From Chiloscyllium plagiosum (Eukaryota), in contig NC_057719.1 of assembly GCF_004010195.1 (NCBI RefSeq), positions 82,755,060 through 82,819,059 on the forward strand: a stretch of DNA of 64,000 bases, read 5' to 3'. Shown here one piece after another: positions 51,625-63,329 of the stretch (positions within the stretch are counted from its first letter, which is position 1; the number at the start of each line of letters is the position of its first letter). A program made the position numbers and the translations under genes. The notes beneath the pieces were generated by a model that saw only the letters and a program-made list of their open reading frames with translations, searched no databases and was not told the DNA's origin.

Positions 51625-52655
51625 AAGGATCTCTCGGTATTGAGGGTCCCATAACGATGAGTATCTCTCGGTATTGAGGGTCCCATAACGATGAGGATCT
51701 CTCAGTATTAAGGGTCCCATAACAATGAGTATCTCTCGGTATTGAGGGTCCCATAACGATGAGGATCTCTCGGTATTGAGGGTCCCAAAACGATGAGTAT
51801 CTCTCGGTATCGAGGGTCCCATAACGATGAGTATCTCTCGCTATTGAGGGTCCCATAACGATGAGGATCTCTCGGTATTGAGGGTCCCAAAACGATGAGG
51901 ATCTCTCGGTATTGAGGGTCCCATAACGATGTGTATCTCTCGGTATTGAGAGTCCCATAACGATGTGTATCTCTTGGTATTGAGAGTCCCGTAACGATGA
52001 GTATTTCTTGGTATTGAAAGTCCCATAACGATGAGTATCTCTTGGTATTGAAAGTCCCATAACGATGAGTATCTCTTGGTATTGAGGGTCCCATAACGAT
52101 GAGTATCTCTCAGTATTGAGAGTCCCATAACGATTTGTATCTCTCAGTATTGAGAGTCCCATAACGATGTGTATCTCTCAGTATTGAGGGTCCCATAACG
52201 ATGTGTATCTCTTGGTATTGAGAGTCCCATAACGATGAGTATCTCTTGGTATTGAAAGTCCCATAACGATGAGCATCTCTTGGTATTGAGGGTCCCATAA
52301 CGATGTGTATCTCTCGGTATTGAGGGTCCCATAACGATGAGTATCTCCCAGTATTGAGAGTCCCATAACGATGTGTATCTCTTGGTATTGAGGGTCCCAT
52401 AACGATGTGTATCTCTTGGTATTGAGAGTTCCATAACGATGTGTATCTCTTGGTATTGAGGGTCCCATAACGATGAGTATCTCTTGGTATTGAGAGTCCC
52501 ATAACGATGAGTATCTCTCAGTATTGAGGGTCTCACAGTAATGAGTATCTCTTAGTATTGAGGGTCCCACACCGATGTGTATCTCTCGGTATTGAGTGTC
52601 CCACACCGATGAGTATCTCTCAGTACTGAGGGTCTCACAGCGATGACTGTCTCTA
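51625..52655. repeat. 34-bp minisatellite (gagggtcccataacgatgagtatctctcggtatt), about 30 copies
   Basis: Direct reading. Confidence 0.92.
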
Positions 52656-52975
52656 GTGGAGATTCTAATTTATACTTAAGAAGATAACTGTATTTAAATA
52701 GAGTTCAAATCCCCATTTTTAGTAAGAGTTTATTTCAGGTAACCACACTGCATAAAGCTCCGACCCCACTGATTACCAACTCCCCATATTTAATAAATAA
52801 AGTTAATTCAATTCATTTTTATACAAACAATCCGCACCCATGAAGCCTTAGTTAATATATCCATCACCTCTCCCAACTTCCATCAGGTCTGAGGCATTCC
52901 TTTCATTCCTATTTGATGATAATAGATTCAAGTTTTTCTTGTAATTAAATCAATATACAATAAAAAAAGATCCAA

Positions 52976-53428
52976 ACATATTGAATTTATTGTCAGGTGT
53001 ACCGAGGCACAGTGAAAAGCTTTGGCTTGCGAGCAATACTGGCAGATCACAGAGTTGAGTAGCATAGATAAGTAAATAATAGGTCAACAGCAACAAAAAC
53101 AAAAACACAGGTCCCGGCGAATGTTAAGAATTTGAGAGTCCATTCAATATTCTAATAACAGTAGGGTAAAAACTGTTTCGAAACCAGCTGGTGTGTGTGT
53201 TCAGGCTTCTGTACCTTCTCCCCGATGGTAGAGGTTGTAGAAAAGCATTGCCAGGGTGGGACGGATCTTTGAGAATGCTGGCGGCCTTTCCTTGACAGCG
53301 GGCCTGGTAGATGGATTCTATAGATGGGAGGTTGGCCTTTGTGATTGTTCCGGCCGAGTTCACCATTCTCTGTAACCGTCTCCAATCTTGAATGGTACAG
53401 TTACCATGCCAGGTAGTGATACATCCAT
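52976..53428 (-). mobile_element. Rex1/Babar-like LINE 3' end nested in the Copia element
   Basis: ARCQGKAASILKDPSHPGNAFLQPLPSGRRYRSL..FRNSFYPTVIRILN; related 3' UTR copies at 11150-11320 and 36905-37115. Confidence 0.75.
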
Positions 53429-54774
53429 ATAAGACAACAATGGATTATATTCCCCTTCTCTTTTGCAATTCAAGTTCCAATGATCCTTTTTCCAGTATAT
53501 CCAAGGGTTTTTGAAAACATGCTGCTTTTTTGTGAAATGATCAGACTTCTGCTGCTGTCCATTATTTTCAAGTTCTCTTTCTGCACCATGTTATAAACAA
53601 CTAATATCAACCCTCAGTTTTTGCATCATTCACAAGTTTCACTGAGTGTACGTTATCCCATAGTGACTTATTATAGATGAAGTAGTCAATGGGTATGGCT
53701 GCTGATGACCTTTTTAGAATTTCTTCCAATATGTGCACAAAGAAAGATGCCCTATCAACCAGCTCACTAAGACTGAGAGCTTCTGCCATTAAAGTACCTT
53801 TTACTACTCTTCTGATCTATTAAGCTATCCCAAACTAGAGGGGTAATATTTACCCCTCTTTCCCACAAGAAAAATTAAGAACCCTCCTGAACTCCATAAC
53901 CCATCATAGAGATTTGCATGAGAAGCAACATCAAAAGCAACACTATTCAGGCCCCTGACATCACCCAGTGAGGGAAATTTCTAAAGGTAATGTTCCATTT
54001 TTAATTTGGTGAATTTGTTCACCACCTTTGGGTTTTTTTTTATAGCTGTACTCCACTGTAGTACTTCCAAACTGGCAGATGGACCTAGCATTTCCTCCAT
54101 TTCAGTTTTGTGAAGCCAACTACTTTGACTAATCTGCAGTTTCCAAAATAGATTGCTGATACAAAATGACACTTGATCCATTCTACCCAATTTCTAATCC
54201 AAGGGGCTTAAAAGCCCCAGAAACCCAACTTTGGTTTTGAATTCTGCTTTAAGCCCAACTAGGATGATGCATTTGAATTCACTGCATGCATCATAAAGAT
54301 GCCTGGAAGCTGCCTCTGATTTTTACCAGTAAAACATGGCATGGTCTGCTGTTAACTGAAGACAGCCCAATTTAAATAAGACAGACCTTACTGAGAAGTA
54401 CCAAGCTTGAGAGGCATCATTTCAGCCATACGCACATTTATTTACTTTCCAAAGTGTCTCTACAACATCTTTTGGAAGACGAAGAAACACTTCCTTCTTG
54501 ACCAGATCTCCCTGCAGAAATCCAGTTGTATTATAAATTGAGCTATGCTGTCAAACATTTGTTGCTAACAGAGCCAAGAGTATTTTCAAAATGTCTTTTC
54601 CTGCCATTAGTGAATCTACCCTTGTATATTGATGCCCCAGTTTTTCTTCAAAACCGTGTGCTGGGGGGTCACCTTTTCTGTGCATACCCATCTATGGGGT
54701 AAGACTGGCTCTCCCCTGTTTTGCACTATATACACCCCGATCCTCTCCATCTTTGTAGTTCTTGTTCTTTGGCA

Positions 54775-55112
54775 CAGAGTCATTGAGTCATACAGCAGGG
54801 AAACAGACCCTTCAGTCCAACTCGTCCATGCTGACCAGATATCCTGAACTGATCCAGTCCCATTTTCCAGCATTTGACCCATATCCCTCCAAATTCTTCC
54901 TATTCATATACCCATCCAGATGCCTTTTAAATGCTGTAATCGTAACAGCCTCCACCACTTCCTCTGACAGCTCATTCCATCAACGCAGCACCCTTTGCCT
55001 GAAAAGGTTGCTACTGAGGTCCCTTTTAAATCTTTCCGCTCACATCTCTAGTTTTCAAATCTGCTACCCTGGATAAAAGTCCCTGACTCTTCACCCTATC
55101 CATGCCCCTCAT
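54775..55112 (-). mobile_element. CR1 3' end nested in the Copia element
   Basis: agagtcattgagtcatacagc...cccatccagatgcc typical CR1 tail. Confidence 0.8.
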
Positions 55113-55553
55113 CTTTTATTAACTTGTCTCATAATTTGATTGTGGCTAATAAGACGTTCCGATGTGCTTCTGCTCCCAGTAATATTCCTGGTTTGTAGTA
55201 TATTTCTTGTGCTTGTTAAACTACACCCTCTATCTTACCCTCTATCTCTTCCTAAGCTGCACTGTTCAGCCTCCACCTCCTTTTAATAGAATTCCTTTCA
55301 GGAGTTCATTTTTTTTTCTAGGACCATGCTTGCTCCAGGATCTTATGTTGGGATTTCTTGCCTTCCATCTTTTTCCAATGTTTCCAGTCCATGGGCGTAA
55401 CCTCATCTTCCTCATCCTTTAATTCATCCAGCTTTCCAGTGACCTTCCTTGCTCTACACTTCTGCATTCACTAACTCCTTCTGGTAAATATTTGACTCTG
55501 TTACCCACTTTTGTTCATTTGGGACAAATGGCCTCAGATTGACCATCAGAACT

Positions 55554-55700
55554 GGGAGCAGCAAGGTGGCTCAGTGGTTCGCACTGCTGCCTCACAGCGC
55601 CAGGGACCTGGGTTCAATTCCAGCCTTGGGTGACTGTCTGTGTGGAGTTTGAGCAAACTCCCTGTGTCTGCGTGGGTTTCCTCCAAGTGCCCTTGTTTCT
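55554..55700 (+). mobile_element. HE1-type SINE 5' part nested in the Copia element
   Basis: tRNA head; flanked by the duplicated ccatcagaactg. Confidence 0.78.
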
Positions 55701-57927
55701 GCCCATCAGAACTGAACTGTCAGGCTAACTGTCCATTGTGGCTGTTTGATTTTCGGAGCTGTGAACATTTGGGTATGAGAGGTGACTGACTCCTCACTAT
55801 TATCTGCAAATTTCTAATCCATACCAGGAAATCTTGAGGAGTGTATCCGAACAACCTGATTCCAGTGCACAATTATTATTTTTCGTCCTGACCGGTAACC
55901 TAGCCCAATTGTTCCATTCATTAAGCCCCTTCTCTTTTATTAAACCATATGCATGCAGTACATTTAAATGCTCTGAAAAACATAGAACTAATTGTAGCTC
56001 CAAGTTGGAGGCTAATCAATTTACGATTAGTTCTTTATGATTTCTGCCAAAAATTAACTGCTGTCAATTATATCCTCCCACTGTCTGCATCAAGCTCTTA
56101 ACATGTGCAGCGCGGATGAGAATTTACAGCTTGGCTGATATGCCAAGAAAATGTTGAACTATTTTTGTCTGTTATTTCATGGTTCCTTTCACAGACCTCA
56201 TTGCTCAAAGGGCTTTCGGCTGCTGGGTTCATAAGTTATGCTCACATTCACTCACATACACACACCTCTAAATCCATCGTTAGAAAATTCACCATCCCCC
56301 CACCCCATGTTATCTGTGAGAAATACTGTCAATGTTTCAAGCCAGTCCACTTTTCCATTACCTTATCCACCATTTTCTTGCAATCTTTTGTCGACTGACA
56401 AAATATGTTTGCCAAATCCACAAAATATAAAATAAAAATGCTTATTTCTTTATGCCATATCTTTAAATCTGTGGCTACCAATTTATTGAAGTCTCTCGCC
56501 GAGGACAGGTTTACTTGAAGCTGTGATGTGATTTTTTTTAACAGACCTCATGTCTACCATATCTCTTGTCGTTTTTCCCCATTCCCTATTGTTCCTTCCT
56601 GTACTAAACCTTCTATTCTTTCAGAGGATGGATGGGAAAATGTGCAGCTTTAACAGAATTCACTGAAAATCTCCACCCCCTGATGTCAGTACTTCTTTAA
56701 CTTCACTTGAGGAAACTTTATTATCCATTAAATGAATGCAATAGTGTCCCGATTGCGTCAGCTGCAAATTCATACATTTTCCAAGCACAACAGCATTGTC
56801 ACTTTTCATATCCCGTTCCATCAGTGTTTTCTTCACTGATGGTCTACTTCATAATGATGGTATTTACTAGATTAATGGTGCTGTTATATATTAAATAACC
56901 TGCTATTTTACAAGGAATACCCACATTTTTCAAAATCTTATCTTATCAACATCAAACCTAGAACGCTCGAATTGCTAGGCCTTGTTCATATCTTTATTAT
57001 TTAGCCAATCTTGATCGTGTTTTAACTAGTTATTCCACACACGGTAGTAATGCATCACTGTCTAATGCTGCACAGTTGAAAGACTGGGCCACCAACACAT
57101 TCATTACTGGGCTGAAACTTCCTGTGACCAATACAGTGATGATCCGTATCTCCAACTTCTTCCTCTGAATCTTCCACTTCAAGTTTGGTTTCAAGTACTT
57201 TAATGTGTCCTTTGGGACTGTTCATGGCATGGTCGAACTTAGAATTGCGCATGCAACGTTGCGTTCTGAGCATTTCAGCTTCGTTCATCTATTATAAATC
57301 CCAAAGCTCTTCTTAAAATTATCACATTTCTGTCCTCATTTCTATAAATTACAGTTCTCCTTTCATACTATTTTCGTGGTGTCCTCTGTTTTCTGTCATT
57401 GCCAATTGCCTGTTTCATGTAAGGAATACTTCCCAGGAAACCTTTTAATGCTTTGAGAGTTGTTCTAGCAGTGTATATTTATCCACTAATTTAACTCTCA
57501 TCAAAGCTAGGAGTCTGGCCATACTTGGTAGTTTGGGACAGTCCAATAACTTAACTGCTCAGCATAAATTGGGAATTTCCAAATGAAATTTCTGTTGTCT
57601 TACATACAGACTTCTGAATTTCATTATGTTGTCTTCCAAGGTACTGTCCCCAGTCTTTCAAAATTTGTCACAATCTGACCACGCCTTATAAACAATCAGT
57701 AATTCACCTTTTTGATCAATTTTATCTCTGAAGGTAAACAATCTGTCCAAACCTTCATCCACATTTAAATAATCAACTCCAATATGAAATCTTTGTTTCC
57801 CATCCTGCTTCTGTATGGTACTGAAAGAGCTGAGGCCATTCCATGTGTCCACTGTCATTAATAAGTAACCCACACGGTGACTTCATTCTTCACGAGGCTC
57901 GTTTTCTGAAACTTCACATTCTGACTC

Positions 57928-57946
57928 AACTATCCTCTGTTCCTCA
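57928..57946 (-). promoter_or_regulatory. Primer-binding site relic for initiator tRNA-Met
   Basis: + strand aactatcctctgttcctca resembles the tRNAi-Met 3' end AACCATCCTCTGCTACCA and is immediately adjacent to the 5' LTR. Confidence 0.75.
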
Positions 57947-58171
57947 TGGTATACCCTAAAGGATAACTGTATTATAGCAGAATTCGTGCCAACACTTCCA
58001 GTAAGAGCTTTATTTCAGTTAGTCACACTCTGTTAAACACCCGCAATGCCCTGATTACTAGTTCCCCATACCTGCACAACCAATTCATATCCAATTAACT
58101 CACTTAATATCTCCATTTCCTGTTCCCACATTTTATTAGGTCTTGGGCATTTCTTCAGACCATGTTAAATG

Positions 58172-59330
58172 TTGATATCCCATACTGATGAGGTTCCCTT
58201 GATATTGAAGTACCCATACAGATGAGGATCTCTCGATATTGAGGATCCCAGGCTGATGGAGTTCAATGTAGCTAAGTGTGAGGTGATTCACTTTGGTAAG
58301 CGTAACAAAAAGATGGGGTACTGGGCTAATGGCTGGATACTTGGTAGTGTGGAGGAGCAGAGGAATCTTGGTGTCCATGTACACAGATCTTTGAAAGTTG
58401 CCACCCAGGTAAATAGTGCGGTGAGGAAGGCATATGGCGTACTGGCTTTTATTGGTAGAGGAATTGAGTTCCGGAGTCCTGAGGTCATGATGCAGTTGTA
58501 TAAGACTCTGGTACGGCCGCATCTGGAATATTGTGTGCAGTTTTGGTCGCCATACTATAGGAAGGATGTGGAGGCACTGGAACGGGTGCAGATTCTTTAC
58601 TCAGTGAGTTGTGAGTTCATGGAATGCCCTGCCAGTAGCAGTGGTGGACTCTCCCTCATTATGGGCATTTAAGCGGGCATTGGATAGGCATATGGAGGAT
58701 AGTGGGCTAGTGTAGGTTAGGTGGGCTTGGATCGGTGCAACATCGAGGGCCGAAGGGCCTGTACTGCGCTGTATTCTTCTATGTTCTATGTTCTCTATAT
58801 TGAGGATCCAGGAAAAATGAGGATCCCATACTAATGAGGATCCCTTAATATTGAGAATCCCGTACTGATAATGGTCCCTCAATATTGAGGATACCATACT
58901 GATGATGATCTCTCAATACTGAGGATTCAGTAAAGATGAGGATCCCATACTAATGAGGATCTCTTAATATTAAGAATCCCGTACTGATGATGATCTCTCA
59001 ATACTGAGGATCCAGTGAAGATGAAGATCCCATATGAATGAGGATCCCCTAATATTGAGAATCCCATATGAATGAGGATCCCTCAATATTGAGGGTCCCA
59101 TACTGATGATGATCTCTCAATTTTGCGGATTCCATACTGATGAGGATCCCTCAGTAGTTCCCATGATGATGATGATCTCTATAACTTGAGGATCTTATAT
59201 TGATCAGAATCCCTCGATATTGGGAGCCCCACGTTGATGGGATTCCCTGAATTCAAGTTCCTGTCCTCGTGCTGAAATGTGACTGATGAGGGATTTGTAC
59301 TGATAAGGACTCCTCAATATTGAGACTGCT
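58172..59330. repeat. Diverged 34-bp-type minisatellite (gaggatcccatactgatgaggatccctcaatatt) interrupted by CR1
   Basis: Unit aligns to the 51625-52655 unit. Confidence 0.8.
58256..58795 (+). mobile_element. CR1-type LINE 3' fragment, same subfamily as 1261-2216, internally deleted
   Basis: MEFNVAKCEVIHFG...LYKTLVRPHLEYCVQFWSP; near-identical 3' UTR and tail. Confidence 0.88.
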
Positions 59331-59517
59331 CAACTGAAAACTCTTTAATGTGACTGGGAGACCGCAGTTCATCCATGAATGGAGCGAGCTACAGTTAAGC
59401 CCTTATCATGATGGGAATAATCTGGTAATAAGAATGGTTCAATGTTGAATCTTTTATCAATCTGTTAGTTTCTTCTGATTTTGTTTTTGTAATTTTCTTT
59501 GCGTTTGTCCTATTTAG

Positions 59518-60495
59518 TTTACCCAATGGATACGGCATCTAATGTAACCTCATCCGAGAAGCTGCACTCTCACCCATTGACTATAACTGAAAAAGATTCC
59601 AGGGTCAACCAACGGCGAACTTTGCCCTTAGTCCCCAGTAAAGTGGATGGCCCAGTATTGTCGCTGGCGAAGGATAGCCCTCAGGGAAAGAGCATCAAAC
59701 AAAAATCCTACATGAACCCAACCACCAGTTCGATGGCCAAAATGTCACGCAGCGTTTCAATGGGGGACAGCCTGAACTTCACTGAGAGTGGCGAGGATCA
59801 GTCAATCACTGAAAAGTGTGTGAGTGGGCAGTGTTTGGAAATGTCACCCAGGACTTCACCTGTGGTGACTGTGGATGTCGTGAACGAAATCTCTCACAAG
59901 CAGGATATGACCAAACAGAACTGGAAGGAGACCGCCAGCTCCAAGCCAGTCTTGCAGCCATCAGCAGGTTTGACAGTTTCTTCTGCCAATAGCTCTCAGG
60001 CTAAATTGAGCCTCGGCACTCGGGCGAACCTGTTCCTCGATCTTCCCAAGCCACTGCCGGACAGACCCTCATTGACTTCCTTCTCGCCTTCGGTCAAGGT
60101 GAAGTCTTGCTGTGAGACTGAACCCTTCAAGTCGCCTGTTTCAGCCAATGGAGGAACAAAATGGAGGCATTCCTGTGGCGATGGCCACAGGGACAGCCAA
60201 GAGAAAAAGGGCGATACTGTTTCCATGCTCAGAGAGGAGACCCCTGCTCTACTGGAACACCAGACACAAGGACAGTGCCACCAGGAATCACAGATAGGGA
60301 CGGCTCTTCTATCTCCTTGTCAGCAAGTGTCTTCTGCCTGGCCTCGTGCTAACTCTGAGTTCAGAGGTACCAGACTTGTTACCGAAGCCTTGGACTATTT
60401 ACCCAACATTCCAGTATCAAATGTCCAAACGGTAACTGTTTCTACACCAGCAACACTTCCTTCTGTCTTTCCCAAGACTACGGCGAAGGGACCAG
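59518..60495 (+). CDS. MAPKBP1: MAPKBP1 large exon: VYPMDTAS...SYMNPTTSSMAKMSRSVSMG...RANLFLDLPKPLPDRP...KGP
   Basis: tttag|TT...G|gtatg; 978 nt open frame, phase 1->1. Confidence 0.92.
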
Positions 60496-61357
60496 GTATG
60501 AATTTTACATGATGCCACGTCTTCATTTGATCAATGGCTATTGCAGACCAGGCTTTACATTCCTGGCCTTGGACTGGTATACATTATCCTTTGTCTTTCC
60601 ATTATTAGAAAAAGAACAAGAAGGCATAGATTTAAAGTGACGTGCAGACAAAGCAAAAGCTGTTGTGAGAAAAAAAATACTTTCACACAGCGAGTAGTTA
60701 GGGTCTGGAATGCACTGTCTGGAAATCAAGTGGAGGCAGCTTCAACTGAGGCATTCAAGAGGACATTGGATGATTTGGATAGAAGTAAGGTGCGGGGCTA
60801 TGAGGGATGGCAGGAGGTGGGGAGTGGAACCTGTGCAGGCACAATGGGCCGAAGGGTCTCATTTTGCCCCATACCAATTCTGTGATTCTGACTTTGTCAT
60901 CTTGTAACTCTGTTCAGCTAGTGGAAAAGTTGTGCATTCTTTAATCTCTCACCCTGTGTCACTGGACGCAGGTAGTTTTCTAAGAACAGTTCCTGCCCGA
61001 CTCTCCCTCCCTTCAAACCTGCCCCTGCTCCCCCAGTAGAGGAAACATTTGGTTTCAAGTGCAGAACTCACCTTGAGTGGCACTCAGGGCTGAAACCGGA
61101 TCCTCTCATTGAGGTACCATTCCCCACCATGCTACCTGTAATGTATATACATGCTATATCAGTCACACCAAGTATGAAGCTGTGTGGGTCCTTTATTAGG
61201 ACTAACTAAGGTTTTGAAATTTATAGGAGTCACTGAAGTGTTCCCTTCTCTCTCTGGACATTGACTATTTGCTGGGTTTTATACTCTTTTACCATTTTAG
61301 AGAATTTTGAGAATTGAAAATGCCCAGGACCCAGTGAATAATGGTATGAAACTGTTT

Positions 61358-62360
61358 AGGAGGAAGATGGTCATGGTTGTTGAGGTCAGTCATCTCAGCT
61401 CCAGGACATCTCTACAAGAGTTCCTCAGGGTAGTATCCTAGGTCCAACCATCTTCAGCTGCTTCATCAATGACCTTCCCCTCATCATAAGGTCAGAATTG
61501 GGGATGTTCGCCAACGATTGCACAATATTCAGCACCATTCATGACTCCTCAGATACTGAAGCAGTCCCTGTTGAAATACAACAAAATCTGGACAATATCC
61601 AGGCTTGAGCTGACAAGTGGTAAGTAACATTAGCACCACACAAATGCCAGACAATAACCATCTCCAATAAGAGGCAGTATAATCACCGCCCCTTGACATT
61701 CAATGGTATTATCATCTCTGAACCTACCATTATCAATGCCCTGGAGGTTACCATTGACCAGAAACTCAACTGGACTTGCCGCATAAACATAATGGCTACA
61801 AAAGCACGTAAGAGGCCAGGAATATTGCAGCAAGTAACTCATATCCTGACTCTCCAAAGCCTGTCCACCATCTACAAGACAAAGTCAGGAATGTAATGGA
61901 ATACTCCCCACTTGCCTGGATGGGTGCAGCTCCAATAACACTGAAGAAGCTTGACACCATCCAGGACAAAGCAGCCCGCTTAATTGGCACCACATTCACA
62001 AGCATCCACCCCCTCCACCACCGATGTGTTCTCTCTGCTGCCGAAATTCACCCAAGATCCTCAGACAGCACCTTCCAAACCCATGACCACTTCCATTTGG
62101 AAGGATAAGGGCAGCAAATAAATGGGAACACTACCACCTTCAAATTCCACTCCTAGCCACTCAATACCATTCTGACTTGGATATATATTGCCATTCCTTC
62201 ACTGTCGCTGATTGATACCTTGGAATTCCTTCCTAATGCATTGTGGGTCAACCCGCAGCACATGGACTGCAGTGGTTCAAGAAGGCAGGTCACCATCACC
62301 TTCTCAAGGGCAACTAGGGAGGAGCAAATGCCCTATGTCCATATCCTATTAGTGAATTTT
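61358..62360 (+). mobile_element. Non-LTR retrotransposon 3' part, same family as 4770-5430
   Basis: VPQGSILGPTIFSCFIND...MEYSPLAWMGAAPITLKKLDTIQDKAARLIG plus 3' UTR. Confidence 0.82.
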
Positions 62361-62467
62361 TTAAGAAAAGAGACAGAGTAGAAGAAACAGGTACCTTGGA
62401 AAACTTGCATTGTTAATATATATTGATAGTTAACTTTAATTCTCTTCGTATTTTCTTTTTTCGATAG

Positions 62468-62553
62468 GTCCTTCTGTCAGTGTTCAGAGCTGTAAACTCC
62501 TGGCAAGGGAGCTGCAGAGCTGCTTCGAGAGAGCCCTGACTCTTTACCGGACA
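62468..62553 (+). CDS. MAPKBP1: MAPKBP1 exon: GPSVSVQSCKLLARELQSCFERALTLYRT
   Basis: gatag|GT...ACA|gtgag; 86 nt, phase 1->0; start of the C-terminal helical domain. Confidence 0.88.
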
Positions 62554-63032
62554 GTGAGTGTTGCTAGCATCATTAACAGTGTCAAACATGGATCTGGGTG
62601 GGGGCGGGGGGGGGAGTCAGTTGCACATGAAGCCATCAAAAAACAAAACCTTACTGAGCAAGTTCCATCCGTGGCTTACGAAGGAGGTTCAGCGGTAGCA
62701 TTAGGTTAAAGTAAGAGGCTCATAAAGTTGTAAAGAATAGAAGTAAGCCTGAGGATCGGGAGTATTTTGGAAATCACCGAAGGTCAACAAGTTAATGAAA
62801 GGGAAAAAAGAAATAGAATGTGAGTAGATTTATGAATTTAGAAACAGATTGTTAGAACTATATAAAAAGGAGAGGATCAGGATACATGATCACAGGGAAT
62901 TAAGAAATCCAAAGACATTGACTAAATATTTGAGTCTGTCGTCACAGTAGTTTATTATTAATTTATTTATTTATATAATAATGATTATTATTTATTTTCT
63001 CTATTATTATTTCTGTAATTACTTCCCATCCT

Positions 63033-63320
63033 CGGGCGGTACAGTGGTTATCACTGCTCCCTCACAACGCCAGAGACCTGGGTTCAAATCCTGCCTCGTG
63101 CAACTGTCTGTGTGGAGTTTGCACATTCTCCCTGTGTCTGCATGGGTTTGCTCCGGTTTCCTCCCACAGTCTAAAGATGTGCAGGTCAGGTGAATTGGCC
63201 ATGCTAAATTGCCTGTAGTGATGGGGGAATGGGTCTGGGTGGGTTGCTCTTCGGCGGGTTGGTGTGGACTTGTTGGGCCGAAGGGCCTGTTTCCACAGTA
63301 TAAGTAATCTAATCTAATCT
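63033..63320 (+). mobile_element. HE1-type SINE abutting the last splice acceptor
   Basis: gggcggtacagtggtt..ggttcaaatcc head; taatctaatctaatct tail. Confidence 0.85.
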
Positions 63321-63329
63321 GTTTTTCAG

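Larger units (their letters stand above)
52668..58157 (-). mobile_element. Decayed full-length Ty1/Copia (GalEa-like) LTR retrotransposon with nested insertions
   Basis: Diverged direct repeats at about 52668-52905 and 57947-58157; tRNAi-Met PBS relic at 57928-57946; - strand relics in the order gag (LEIP..KLLDC), protease (FNCAALDS), integrase (FLTDN..GEFSN..AAESPLSNEVCERNH), RT (GFLQG..LWKVNKCAYG*NDASQAWYF..ADHAMFYW), RNase H (DVASHANLYDG..IRRVVKGTLMAEAL..NKSLWDNVHS). Confidence 0.88.

Noticed and set aside
51625..52655. Regular 34-bp repeats as a CRISPR array or repeat protein
   Set aside because: Head-to-tail units with no unique spacers, no cas genes, and a vertebrate intron context.
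58172..59330. CTGATGA and TGATGA..CTGA motifs in the satellite as hammerheads or C/D snoRNAs
   Set aside because: No GAAA core or consistent stems; box spacing is far too short for a snoRNA; the motifs are simply part of the tandem unit.
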